DNA of 37,503 bases from Rhodospirillales bacterium (lineage in GTDB: Bacteria; Pseudomonadota; Alphaproteobacteria; Acetobacterales; Acetobacteraceae). The notes under the pieces were generated by a model. It worked only from the letters and a program-made list of their open reading frames with translations. It was not told the origin of the DNA and made no database searches. The translations under genes were made by a program, and so were the position numbers. The stretch's first letter is position 1. Each line of letters starts with the position of its first letter. Below, piece by piece: positions 28,069 through 37,503 of the stretch. The stretch covers positions 1 through 37,503 of the forward strand of contig JAGWIE010000001.1 in the NCBI GenBank assembly GCA_028866445.1, given 5' to 3'.

Positions 28069-28713
28069 TTATTCAGCGGCGGCGCGCAAGGCGAGGCCGG
28101 TGCCCAACGGTGCCAAGGGCAAAGCCGCCAGCAGCATCGCAAACAGCATGTAAAGCGGTGCGGCCGGATGCAGGCTGGTGGCGGCTGCCGTACCGAAGAT
28201 TAGGCTGGGGATCATCAATGGCAGCGTGATTAGCGGCATCAAAATAGCCCCGCGCCGGGCACCGGTGGCAAGCGCTGCCGCCAGCGTGCCGAGCAGCGAG
28301 AAAATCAGCGTGCCCGGCAGCAGGGTCAGCAGCAGCAGCGGTAATTTCTCCCCGGGCAGGCGCAGCATCACCGCCAGCGGCCCGGCGATAATGAGCAGTG
28401 GCAGGCCCGTGGTTAGCCAATGCACAATGGTTTTGGCGGTGGCGATCGCATAGGCAGGCCAACCTGAAAGCAGCAGCAGATCCAGCGTGCCATCCTCAAA
28501 GTCTGGGCCGAACAGCCGTTCCAGCGGCAAAAGTGCGGCGAGGAGCGCCGTTACCCACACCACGCCGGGGGCAATGCGGGAGAGAACCAACGGGTCCGGT
28601 CCCGCACCAAGCGCAAATAGAGTTCCCGCGATAACGAAAAACAACAAAGCGGCTATGCTTTCCGCGCCGTGCCGGATGGAAAGCCGCAGCTCCCGCGCAA
28701 TAAACCCCATCAT
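28069..28713 (-). CDS. ccmB: Heme exporter permease CcmB
   Basis: RELRL, LLFF, PGVVWV, ERLFGPDFEDGTLD, LPLMIPSLIFG; start ATG 28713 overlaps the ccmA stop. Confidence 0.93.
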   Translation of the reverse strand: MMGFIARELRLSIRHGAESIAALLFFVIAGTLFALGAGPDPLVLSRIAPGVVWVTALLAALLPLERLFGPDFEDGTLDLLLLSGWPAYAIATAKTIVHWLTTGLPLLIIAGPLAVMLRLPGEKLPLLLLTLLPGTLIFSLLGTLAAALATGARRGAILMPLITLPLMIPSLIFGTAAATSLHPAAPLYMLFAMLLAALPLAPLGTGLALRAAAE

Positions 28714-29270
28714 AGCGTCAGCACCTGCGTATCCGGCAGCTCGATCGGCGTATGGGTGCTGGCGATGATCATGCCGCCGCGCCACCTCTGGGCCTCACAC
28801 AACCCCAGGAATTGCTGAATGGAGGCGCTGTCCAGCCCAGTTGTTGGTTCGTCCAGCAGCCATAAAGGTTTTTCTGCGACCGCCACCCTGGCAAGGGCAA
28901 GCCGCCGCTTCTGCCCGGCGGAGAGAAACCGCGAAGGCAAATGCGCGAATTTTTCCAGGCCCACCAGCGCCAGCCCAGCTTCCGGCACCTGCTCAGCCGG
29001 GGTAAGGGCAGGTTTCACCGCATCCTGGTGCCCTAGCCAGCCGATACGGGCGGCGTGTGCCTCACGGTCTGTCAGTGCGGGTAGATTGTTCCAAGACAAA
29101 TCGCCAGTGGCTAAGGGCGTCAGTCCAGCCAAAGCCCGCAATAGGCTGGATTTGCCCGCGCCATTCGCTCCACGCAGAAGAAGGATACCACCTTGGCATA
29201 ACGAGAAGCTGATATTGTTCAAAATCAGTCTGTCGCCACGGAAAATGGAAAGATTTTCGGCCGTGAGCAG
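28710..29270 (-). CDS. ccmA: Heme exporter ATPase CcmA, probable CTG start
   Basis: GANGAGKS, GHQDAVK, LSAGQKRR, LWLLDEP, STH; the conserved N-terminus (M)LTAENLSIFRGDR lies upstream of the called TTG. Confidence 0.9.
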   Translation of the reverse strand: MLTAENLSIFRGDRLILNNISFSLCQGGILLLRGANGAGKSSLLRALAGLTPLATGDLSWNNLPALTDREAHAARIGWLGHQDAVKPALTPAEQVPEAGLALVGLEKFAHLPSRFLSAGQKRRLALARVAVAEKPLWLLDEPTTGLDSASIQQFLGLCEAQRWRGGMIIASTHTPIELPDTQVLTL

Positions 29271-29364
29271 GTGAGGGGTCCTTGGTGCGGAATAGACGGG
29301 TTGGTATGGCTATGGTTTAAGCCGGAACAAATCACAAGCGGCTTCAGACGAAAGGTTTTGCACC

Positions 29365-32052
29365 ATGACAGCGATCGGTCACGATAGCCTGGAAACCATG
29401 AAAACTCTGACCGTGGATGGCAAGACTTACTCATATTTCTCACTGCCATCCGCCGCCGCCAAGCTGGGAAACATCTCCAGACTGCCAAAGACGCTAAAGA
29501 TTTTGCTGGAGAACGTGCTTCGATTTGAGAATGGAGGCAGCTATACGGTGGATGACGCCAAGGCGATCATTGGCTGGCTGGAGAAAGCCACCTCCGCCAA
29601 GGAGGTGCCCTTCAAGCCAGCGCGCATTTTGATGCAGGATTTCACCGGCGTGCCGGCGGTGGTAGATCTGGCTGCGATGCGCGACGGCATCGGCAAGCTA
29701 GGTGCGGCCCCGGAGAAAGTGAACCCGCTTATCCCGGTGGATCTGGTGATCGACCATTCGGTGATGGTGGATTATTCGGCCTCGCATGACGCGTTGCAGA
29801 AGAATATCGACCTGGAATTTGAGCGTAACGGCGAGCGTTACCGCTTTCTGCGCTGGGGTCAGGAGGCGTTCAACAATTTCCGCGTCGTACCCCCCGGCAC
29901 AGGCATCTGCCATCAGGTGAATTTGGAATATCTGGCGCAAGTGGCCTGGACCTCCGAAAATGGCGGCAAGACCTATGTGTACCCCGATACGCTCTATGGC
30001 ACCGACAGCCACACCACCATGGTGAACGGCCTGGGCGTGCTGGGTTGGGGCGTAGGTGGCATTGAGGCCGAGGCCGCGATGCTGGGCCAGCCGATCGCGA
30101 TGCTGATTCCGGATGTGATCGGCTTCAAGCTCACCGGCAAGCTCTCCGAGGGGGTGACCGCGACCGATCTGGTGTTGACCGTAACCCAGATGCTGCGCGC
30201 CAAGAAGGTGGTTGGCAAATTCGTCGAATTCTACGGCGAAGGCATGGCTGAGATGGCGCTGGCGGACCGTGCGACCATCGGCAACATGGCCCCGGAATAT
30301 GGCGCCACCTGCGGTTTCTTCCCCGTGGACCAGGTGACGCTGGATTATCTGCGCCTCTCGGGGCGCGATGAGCACCGGATTAAACTGGTGGAAGAATATA
30401 CCAAGGCCCAGGGCTTGTGGCGCACAGACGAAGAGCCGGTTTTCAGCGATACGCTGGAGCTGGACCTTTCCACCGTGCTGCCGAGCGTTGCCGGACCGAA
30501 GCGCCCGCAGGACCGGGTGCTGCTGAAGGAAGCCGGATCCGCCTTCAAATCCGAACTGACCAAGAGCCTGGGCGTTGCCGCCGACGCGGTGGCCACCAAG
30601 GCCCGCGTTTCCGGCACGAATTATGAGATCACCCACGGCGATGTGGTTATCGCGGCCATTACCTCCTGCACCAACACCTCCAACCCTTATGTGCTGGTTG
30701 CTGCGGGCCTCGTGGCGCGCAAAGCCCGCGCATTCGGCCTAGCACCGAAACCCTGGGTGAAAACCTCGTTGGCTCCTGGCAGCCAGGTGGTGACTGAATA
30801 TCTCGACAAATCCGGCCTCACGGCTGATTTGGATGCCCTGGGCTTCGAGACGGTTGGTTACGGCTGCACCACATGTATTGGAAATTCGGGCCCGCTGCCG
30901 GAGCCGATCGTTGATGCCATTGAGAGTAATAAGCTAATCGCGGCCTCTGTGGTTTCCGGCAATCGTAATTTTGAAGGCCGTATTCACCCGAACGTGCGCG
31001 CCAACTACCTGGCCTCGCCGCCACTGGTGGTGGCGTATGCAATTTTCGGCAATATGCGCGAGGATATCACCACCGCGAAGCTCGGCACGACGAAGGACGG
31101 GAAAGACGTTTTCCTGAAAGATGTGTGGCCGACGAACAATGAGATCCACGATATCGTGGATCAAGTTGTCACCCGTGAGATGTTCATGGAGCGCTATTCC
31201 GATGTGTTCAAGGGGCCGGCCGAGTGGCGTGCCATTGAGGTTTCTGGCGGCACGGACACCTATGCCTGGCCATCTGGCTCCACTTACGTGAAGAACCCTC
31301 CTTACTTCCAGGATATCACCCCGGAGCCGAAGCCGGTTTCAGACATCATGGGCGCGCGCGTGCTGGCGTTGCTGGGTGACAGCATCACCACCGACCATAT
31401 TTCGCCGGCGGGCAACATCAAAAAATCGTCGCCGGCTGGTGAATATCTCTCCGCGCATCAGGTGCAGCAGAAGGATTTTAACTCCTATGGTTCGCGCCGT
31501 GGCAATGACGACGTAATGGCCCGCGGCACTTTCGCAAATATCCGCATCAAGAACGAGATGCTGGGTGGCGCCGAGGGTGGCAATACCAAACATTATCCTG
31601 GTGGCCAGGAAATGCCGATTTACGACGCAGCCGAGCAATATAAAAAGGAAGGCGTGCCCCTGGTGGTGTTTGCCGGGCAGGAATACGGCACCGGCTCCTC
31701 GCGGGACTGGGCTGCCAAGGGCACGGCACTTCTGGGCGTGAAGGCGGTTATCGCCGAGAGCTTCGAACGTATCCACCGCTCCAATCTGGTGGGCATGGGC
31801 GTGCTGCCGCTATTGTTCAAAAACGGCGAGACCCGCAAATCCCTCGGCCTTACCGGCGAGGAGCGCGTGGATATTGTTGGCCTGGACAATATCTCCCCCC
31901 GCATGGACATAAAGGCGGTCATCACCCGCCCGGGTGGCTCCAGGCAGGAGGTTGAATTGCTTTGCCGTATCGATACCGCTGATGAGGTGAATTACTATAA
32001 GCATGGCGGCATTTTGCAGTATGTGCTGCGGGGCATGGCCAAGGCAGCCTGA
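29365..32052 (+). CDS. acnA: Aconitate hydratase A
   Basis: [63 protein letters not shown]. Confidence 0.98.
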   Translation: MTAIGHDSLETMKTLTVDGKTYSYFSLPSAAAKLGNISRLPKTLKILLENVLRFENGGSYTVDDAKAIIGWLEKATSAKEVPFKPARILMQDFTGVPAVVDLAAMRDGIGKLGAAPEKVNPLIPVDLVIDHSVMVDYSASHDALQKNIDLEFERNGERYRFLRWGQEAFNNFRVVPPGTGICHQVNLEYLAQVAWTSENGGKTYVYPDTLYGTDSHTTMVNGLGVLGWGVGGIEAEAAMLGQPIAMLIPDVIGFKLTGKLSEGVTATDLVLTVTQMLRAKKVVGKFVEFYGEGMAEMALADRATIGNMAPEYGATCGFFPVDQVTLDYLRLSGRDEHRIKLVEEYTKAQGLWRTDEEPVFSDTLELDLSTVLPSVAGPKRPQDRVLLKEAGSAFKSELTKSLGVAADAVATKARVSGTNYEITHGDVVIAAITSCTNTSNPYVLVAAGLVARKARAFGLAPKPWVKTSLAPGSQVVTEYLDKSGLTADLDALGFETVGYGCTTCIGNSGPLPEPIVDAIESNKLIAASVVSGNRNFEGRIHPNVRANYLASPPLVVAYAIFGNMREDITTAKLGTTKDGKDVFLKDVWPTNNEIHDIVDQVVTREMFMERYSDVFKGPAEWRAIEVSGGTDTYAWPSGSTYVKNPPYFQDITPEPKPVSDIMGARVLALLGDSITTDHISPAGNIKKSSPAGEYLSAHQVQQKDFNSYGSRRGNDDVMARGTFANIRIKNEMLGGAEGGNTKHYPGGQEMPIYDAAEQYKKEGVPLVVFAGQEYGTGSSRDWAAKGTALLGVKAVIAESFERIHRSNLVGMGVLPLLFKNGETRKSLGLTGEERVDIVGLDNISPRMDIKAVITRPGGSRQEVELLCRIDTADEVNYYKHGGILQYVLRGMAKAA

Positions 32053-32073
32053 AATTGAGGAGTTTTTGGAAAA

Positions 32074-32148
32074 TGGTGGGCGCGACAGGGATTGAACCTG
32101 TGACCCTTCGCGTGTGAAGCGAATGCTCTACCGCTGAGCTACGCGCCC
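32074..32148 (-). tRNA. tRNA-Val (anticodon CAC)
   Basis: Reverse complement GGGCGCGTAGCTCAGCGGTAGAGCATTCGCTTCACACGCGAAGGGTCACAGGTTCAATCCCTGTCGCGCCCACCA. Confidence 0.97.
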
Positions 32149-32158
32149 GGTGGGCGGG

Positions 32159-32187
32159 CTGATAAGCTGGGCGGGGGGCGCTGTCAA
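32159..32187 (-). promoter_or_regulatory. Sigma70 promoter of tRNA-Val
   Basis: TTGACA-N17-TATCAG with a GC-rich discriminator. Confidence 0.75.
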
Positions 32188-32316
32188 TTGCCCGGGGACA
32201 AATTGAATTGCGCGGTATGGTTGCCACGGGGAATAAATTTGCGTGCATTCGGCGTGAAATTCTGAGAAGTTTCAACCAGTGGCCAATTGTGCCGGAACGC
32301 CTATAAAATCCGGATT

Positions 32317-35300
32317 ATGATGTTTTTCCCGGGGCAAAATACTGGACGTCACGACCCGCCCGCCGGGCGTTTTCCGTTTCTGGCCCAGGGCGGTGCCATG
32401 GGTGATCGTATTTCGCATTTTGATTGGAGCTGTACCTCGCTGGGCACGATCGAGGGCTGGGCGCCAGTTTTCTGTGCCCATGTTTCCACGATGTTGAGTG
32501 CTCCTGAGCCGTTGATGATTTTTACCGGGCCAGATGGCGTGCTGCTCTTCAATGATGCGAGTATGCCTTTTACCGCCGCGCGCTGCCCGGCTGCCCTGGG
32601 GAAAACAATTGGTCAGATTTGGCCGCAAATATCCGATGCGATGAGCCGCCTGCTGCTTGCCGACCAGGGTGGGTATGCGCCCGTGATTCTGGCGTTGGAA
32701 GGCTCTTCCGATGAGCCCGGATTTACCCTGCTCTGCTCGCCGCTGATGAACGAGACCGGCAAGAGGATTGGAGTTTTAGCCAAAGCTGAGTGGCGAGATG
32801 AAGGGTGGGATGGCGCGCTGACAGCAGGGCAGAACCAGCTTGTTGCTTTGCGCGAGGTTGCACGCACCATGCCTCGCCAGATTTGGACAGCGAATGCCCA
32901 AGGGCGTGTTGACTGGATGAATCCGCATTTGCAGGCTTGTCTGGGCCCGGCAAGCGAAGGTGAAGGCTGGGCATCGCTTGTGCACGCACAGGACCGCCCC
33001 CTCATAGCCCGGCGTTGGGCTGAGGCCGTGGCCTCAGGAGGGCTTTATGATGCTGAATGCCGGTTGCAAACGGCATCCGGCGCGTATGTTTGGCATTTGG
33101 TTTACGCCACACCCTTCCGCAATAATGCGGGCACTGTGGAAGGCTGGGTTGGCAGTAATCACAATATTCAAGAGCGCAAGGACGCGGAGGCTGAAGCTGG
33201 CCGCGCGCGTAATCGCGTTTGGCAGCTCAGCCGCACTTATATGCTTATCTTTGACCAAGAGGGGGTTATCCGGCACAGCAATTTGGCCATTGAGCTGGGT
33301 ACGGGTTGGCGGCAGGAGGATATAGCGGGCCAAAATCTGCTGAATTTTGTTCATCCTGAGGATGCTGAGACCACGCTGATGGCATTGGCGCGGGTGGCGG
33401 CGGGTGAGATTGTTCAGGGTTTTGAATGCCGATGCCTTATGCAGAACGGCGATTACCGCGTGATTGAGTGGGACGTGGCACCAGACGGCGAGCTCAATCA
33501 TGCATTCGGTCAGGATATGACGGAGAAGCGGGGCGCGATGCGTGCCTTGCAGCGCATGTGGGATCTCTCACCGGTGCTGAAAATTGTGCTGCGTCCGGGT
33601 GGTGAGGTGGTCACGGTAAATCCGGCCTGGACCAAGGCTCTGGGTTGGAGCGAACAGGCAAGCCGCGCCCGCCGCATGGCTGATTTTATTGCGCCTGACG
33701 AGCGTGAGCGGTTGCGTGCCCAGTTTAACGATTTCAGCCCTGCGGCGCTGAGTTCAGAATTTGTCGTGACGATGCTGACTGAGCAGGGCGACTACCGGCA
33801 GATTGCCTGGACCAGAGTTGCCGAAGGCGGGCTGCTCTATGGCTTTGGCAGGGATGTGACGGCCGAACGCCGTGCCGCTGCCGCCGCCGCGTCCGCCAGC
33901 GCGGAACGGGAGCGTATCTGGGTGTCCTCTAATGATCTGCTGGCAATTGCCAGCGGCGACGGGGTGCTGCGTTCAGTCAACCCGGCCTGGGGGCGGCTTT
34001 TGGGTTATGCCGAGAGCGAGATTTTGGGTTTGCGGCTGCTGAATCTGGTGATGCCGGAAGACAGGCCGGAGGCCGAACGGGCGATCAGGGAACTGGCGGT
34101 AGGGCGTACAATACGCGATATTGAATGCCGGATGAATGACCGCCAAGGGAGGTTATGCCTGATTTCCTGGTCCGCCGATTCTCTGGGCGACTCATTCTAC
34201 TTCGTTGGCCGCGATGTAAGCGCCCAACGCGATGCGGAAGAACAGCTCCGCCAGGCGCAGAAGATGGAAGCGGTGGGCCAGCTTACCGGCGGCATCGCGC
34301 ATGATTTCAATAATCTCCTGCAAGGCATCACCGGCAGCCTAGAGCTGATGAGCAAGCGGGTTCAGCGGGGGGAAACCCAAGGTTTGGAGCGGTTTGTCAC
34401 GATGGCGATGAACGCTGCTGAGAGAGCGGCAGCACTTACCCATCGGCTTTTGGCTTTTTCTCGCAGGCAACCGTTGGATCCTAAGCCCGTGGAAGCCAAT
34501 CCGCTTATACTTTCCATGGAGATGCTGCTGCGCCGGACACTTGGGGAGGGTGTGGATTTACAGCTGGATTTGCAGGACGAGCTTTGGCTGACGCTATGCG
34601 ACCCCAACCAGCTAGAAAATGCGCTGCTCAACCTCGCCATCAATGCCCGGGACGCCATGCCAGGGGGCGGTAAGCTGATCATCCAAACCTTCAATGCCGA
34701 ATTGGAAGGAACCATCGGACCCAGGCGAAGCGAGGTCCTGCCGGGGCCATATGTTTGTATAGCCGTCACTGATTCCGGGGTGGGCATGGATGCGGTAACC
34801 ATTGCCAAGGTGTTCGAGCCGTTCTTCACCACCAAACCACTAGGCCAGGGTACGGGGCTTGGGCTTTCGATGATCTACGGATTTACACGCCAATCCAACG
34901 GGCATGTGAGAATCGAATCCGAGCCAGGCCTGGGTGCCACGGTGCGGCTATATTTGCCGCGTTACGAGGGAGCGGCTGCAATTTTACCGCCATGCCTGGA
35001 GGAGGTTGACATGCCTGCCGCCGCCTTGGGTGACACGGTGCTGGTGGTGGAGGACGAGCCCGTGGTGCGCGGGTTGATCGTAGAGGTTTTGGCAGGGCTG
35101 GGCTATGCCGCGCTGGAGGCGCAGGACGGACCGGGCGGGCTGGAAATTTTGCAATCGCGCCAGAAGATCGATCTGCTGATTACCGATATCGGGCTGCCGG
35201 GGCTGAATGGCCGGCAAATTGCGGATGCGGCGCGGCTGCTGCGGCCAAAGTTAAAAATATTATTTATGACCGGTTATGCCGAAAACGCCGGGATGGGTAA

Positions 35301-35397
35301 TGGCGGGCTGGAACCAGGGATGGAGATTATGGCCAAGCCTTTCGCTATGGACGCGCTGGCCGCTCGGGTTCGTGGGATGATCGCGCCGGATGGGTAA
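32317..35397 (+). CDS. Cytoplasmic multi-PAS hybrid sensor histidine kinase/receiver
   Basis: N-terminal FDW..T.LG.I..W module, four PAS/PAC repeats, H-box [32 protein letters not shown], receiver [10 protein letters not shown]; start uncertain. Confidence 0.92.
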   Translation: MMFFPGQNTGRHDPPAGRFPFLAQGGAMGDRISHFDWSCTSLGTIEGWAPVFCAHVSTMLSAPEPLMIFTGPDGVLLFNDASMPFTAARCPAALGKTIGQIWPQISDAMSRLLLADQGGYAPVILALEGSSDEPGFTLLCSPLMNETGKRIGVLAKAEWRDEGWDGALTAGQNQLVALREVARTMPRQIWTANAQGRVDWMNPHLQACLGPASEGEGWASLVHAQDRPLIARRWAEAVASGGLYDAECRLQTASGAYVWHLVYATPFRNNAGTVEGWVGSNHNIQERKDAEAEAGRARNRVWQLSRTYMLIFDQEGVIRHSNLAIELGTGWRQEDIAGQNLLNFVHPEDAETTLMALARVAAGEIVQGFECRCLMQNGDYRVIEWDVAPDGELNHAFGQDMTEKRGAMRALQRMWDLSPVLKIVLRPGGEVVTVNPAWTKALGWSEQASRARRMADFIAPDERERLRAQFNDFSPAALSSEFVVTMLTEQGDYRQIAWTRVAEGGLLYGFGRDVTAERRAAAAAASASAERERIWVSSNDLLAIASGDGVLRSVNPAWGRLLGYAESEILGLRLLNLVMPEDRPEAERAIRELAVGRTIRDIECRMNDRQGRLCLISWSADSLGDSFYFVGRDVSAQRDAEEQLRQAQKMEAVGQLTGGIAHDFNNLLQGITGSLELMSKRVQRGETQGLERFVTMAMNAAERAAALTHRLLAFSRRQPLDPKPVEANPLILSMEMLLRRTLGEGVDLQLDLQDELWLTLCDPNQLENALLNLAINARDAMPGGGKLIIQTFNAELEGTIGPRRSEVLPGPYVCIAVTDSGVGMDAVTIAKVFEPFFTTKPLGQGTGLGLSMIYGFTRQSNGHVRIESEPGLGATVRLYLPRYEGAAAILPPCLEEVDMPAAALGDTVLVVEDEPVVRGLIVEVLAGLGYAALEAQDGPGGLEILQSRQKIDLLITDIGLPGLNGRQIADAARLLRPKLKILFMTGYAENAGMGNGGLEPGMEIMAKPFAMDALAARVRGMIAPDG

Positions 35398-35437
35398 GGC
35401 GCTTCCGGCACCTCGTCGCAAATGCTAAAGCCCGCCC

Positions 35438-36187
35438 ATGGCTGGACATTCACATGCAAAAAACATCATGCACCGCAAGGGCGCGCAGGACGCAAAGCGG
35501 GCTCGCATTTATGCAAAACTCATTCGTGAGATAACCGTCGCGGCAAAGGAAGGGCTGCCGGACCCGGCGGCAAACCCGCGTTTGCGCGCGGGCATTGCCG
35601 CGGCGCTGAAGCAGAACATGACGCGCGACGCGATCGACCGTGCGATTAAAAAGGCCTCTGGCGCGGGCGGCACGGAAAATTACGAATCCGTGCGCTATGA
35701 GGGCTACGGCCCGGCGGGTGTGGCGATTATTATCGAGGCGCTGACAGATAACCGCAACCGCACAGCATCCGTTGTGCGCGCCGCGTTTAACAAATCCGGC
35801 GGGGCGCTAGGAGAGACTAACTCTGTCTCCTTCATGTTCAACCGTCTGGCGGCCATTCGCTATCCGGCGAATGTGGCGTCTGCCGATGAGATGCTGGAAG
35901 CAGCTATTGAAGCTGGGGCGAATGACGTGGTGAGCGGCGAGGATGGCCACGAGGTGCAGGCGGCGGTGGAGAGCTTTTTCGCGGTGCGGGACGCCTTGGC
36001 GCAGAAATTCGGCGACCCGGCGGAGGCCGGCATGGAATGGCAGCCAAACATGACTGTGGTGCTGGATGAGGACAAAGCAAACTCTGTGATCAAGCTGATC
36101 GATATATTGGAGGATGATGACGACGTGCAGAACGTCTATGCCAATTACGAACTGCCGGAAGAATTACTGGCGAAGCTTTCGGCTTGA
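35438..36187 (+). CDS. yebC: YebC/PmpR family protein
   Basis: MAGHSH..NI.HRK, NPRLR, YEGYGP, TDNRNRT, DDVQNVY. Confidence 0.96.
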   Translation: MAGHSHAKNIMHRKGAQDAKRARIYAKLIREITVAAKEGLPDPAANPRLRAGIAAALKQNMTRDAIDRAIKKASGAGGTENYESVRYEGYGPAGVAIIIEALTDNRNRTASVVRAAFNKSGGALGETNSVSFMFNRLAAIRYPANVASADEMLEAAIEAGANDVVSGEDGHEVQAAVESFFAVRDALAQKFGDPAEAGMEWQPNMTVVLDEDKANSVIKLIDILEDDDDVQNVYANYELPEELLAKLSA

Positions 36188-36702
36188 TGCTCCAAGCGCG
36201 CGGCAAGGTTTGTATTATTGGCATTGACCCCGGCCTGCGTTTTACAGGCTGGGGCGTGGTGGAGGCTGAGGGCAACCGGTTGCGCCATGTGGCGGATGGC
36301 GTGGTGGCAACTGATGGCACCGAGGATGTGCCGCTGCGGCTGAAGGCGCTGGATGAGGCGCTGGCGGATTTGCTGGCCCGGTACAATCCTGATGAAGCGG
36401 CGGTGGAGGAGACGTATGTGAACCGCAACGCCACGGCCACGCTAAAGCTAGGTTATGCACGCGGCGTGGCATTGCTGGCCCCGGCACGGGCGGGAATCCC
36501 TGTTTTTGAATATGGCGCCAAAACCGTGAAAATGGCGGTGGTTGGCACCGGCGGCGCGGATAAAGAACAGGTGGGGTTGATGGTGAAGCGCCTGCTGCCC
36601 GGCTCTGTGCAAAAACGTGCCGATGCGGCGGATGCGCTGGCGGTTGCCATCTGCCACGCCCACCATCGTTCCACCGCCAATGCCTGGAAGGTGCAGAAAT
36701 GA
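36187..36702 (+). CDS. ruvC: Holliday junction resolvase
   Basis: IGIDPG, AVEE, LGYARG, DAADALAVAICH. Confidence 0.96.
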   Translation: MLQARGKVCIIGIDPGLRFTGWGVVEAEGNRLRHVADGVVATDGTEDVPLRLKALDEALADLLARYNPDEAAVEETYVNRNATATLKLGYARGVALLAPARAGIPVFEYGAKTVKMAVVGTGGADKEQVGLMVKRLLPGSVQKRADAADALAVAICHAHHRSTANAWKVQK

Positions 36703-37295
36703 TCGCGCGGCTGCGGGGCATTGTGGACAGCATCGAGGACGGGCGTTGCGTGATGGATGTGAACGGGGTGGGATATCTCGTTTTCTGTTCTTCTCGCACT
36801 TTGGGCGCGTTACCTGATGGGTTGGTAACGCTGCTGATCGAAACCCAGGTGCGTGAGGACGCAATCAGCCTTTACGGCTTTTACACCGCCGCCGAGCGGG
36901 AATGGTTTCGGCTGCTTACCACCGTGCAGGGCGTGGGGGCGAAGGTGGCGCTTGGCATTCTTTCCGCTCTTTCGCCGGACCAGTTGATCGGCGCAATTGC
37001 CGGGCAAGACAAAGGCGCCATTACCTGCGCGCCGGGCGTGGGGCCAAAGCTCGCCATACGTATTCTTACCGAATTGCAGAGTAAGGCCGGGGCAATGCCC
37101 GGTGGCGGTAATGCAACGTTCCCCGCGGCCATGATCCCCAAGGGTGCGGCGGCGGATGCGCTCTCGGCGTTCACCAATTTGGGCTACCGCCGTGCGGAGG
37201 CCGAGGCGGTTCTGACCAAGGCGCTGGCCGAGCACGGGGATGATGTCTCGCTGGACGTGCTGATCCGCGCCGGGCTGAAGGCGCTGGCGAAGTGA
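36699..37295 (+). CDS. ruvA: Holliday junction branch-migration protein RuvA
   Basis: [43 protein letters not shown]. Confidence 0.97.
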   Translation: MIARLRGIVDSIEDGRCVMDVNGVGYLVFCSSRTLGALPDGLVTLLIETQVREDAISLYGFYTAAEREWFRLLTTVQGVGAKVALGILSALSPDQLIGAIAGQDKGAITCAPGVGPKLAIRILTELQSKAGAMPGGGNATFPAAMIPKGAAADALSAFTNLGYRRAEAEAVLTKALAEHGDDVSLDVLIRAGLKALAK

Positions 37296-37503
37296 GTGAG
37301 CGCATTACTTCCGGCGAGCGGCTTTCGGATGACAGTGCCGAAGCTTCGCTGCGCCCGCAAAGCCTGGAGGATTTCACCGGCCAGGCTGGCAGCCGAGAGA
37401 ATTTGAAGATTTTCGTCGCCGCCGCCAAAACCCGTGGCGAGGCGCTGGACCACGTGTTGCTGCACGGCCCGCCGGGCCTCGGCAAAACCACGCTGGCGCA
37501 GAT
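37292..37503 (+). CDS. ruvB: Holliday junction helicase RuvB, 5' part (truncated by the window)
   Basis: GTG start overlapping the ruvA stop; manual translation ...[13 protein letters not shown]...[20 protein letters not shown]. Confidence 0.95.
   Translation, partial: MSERITSGERLSDDSAEASLRPQSLEDFTGQAGSRENLKIFVAAAKTRGEALDHVLLHGPPGLGKTTLAQ

Noticed and set aside
29698-30636. 312-aa antisense ORF within acnA
   Set aside because: Typical stop-poor antisense frame of a codon-biased gene

Overview
Core-chromosome segment of a GC-rich alphaproteobacterium, most likely Acetobacteraceae (inferred from gene order and protein style). Housekeeping genes include sufE (partial), corA, ppx, rlmE, guaB, panC, cydDC, a ROSE/RpoH-controlled small heat-shock gene, prfB with its +1 frameshift, PBP1A, an amidase, ccmAB, acnA and yebC-ruvC-ruvA-ruvB (partial). 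There are three tRNAs: Gln-CTG, Pro-CGG and Val-CAC. I see no integrase, transposase or CRISPR array. The best candidate for an under-described system is a ~5.6 kb block (16.5-22.1 kb) between PBP1A and prfB. It encodes an almost uncharged secreted Met/Ser/Asn/Gly-repeat peptide, a CxxC peroxiredoxin-like protein that appears to start at ATT and a one-Cys OxyR-like LysR. Divergent from these are a cytochrome b, a Tat-lipoprotein MsrP/YedY-like molybdoenzyme and a secreted DUF1223 CxxC protein. Together they look like a periplasmic methionine-sink oxidant defence module. Other notable items are an orphan HAD + phosphoribosyltransferase-like protein (probable ribofuranosyltransferase), a CTG-initiated ccmA, a tRNA-Pro with A37, three small Thr/Pro-rich secreted proteins and several probably leaderless genes. 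All family calls come from motif recognition by eye; no database searches were run.
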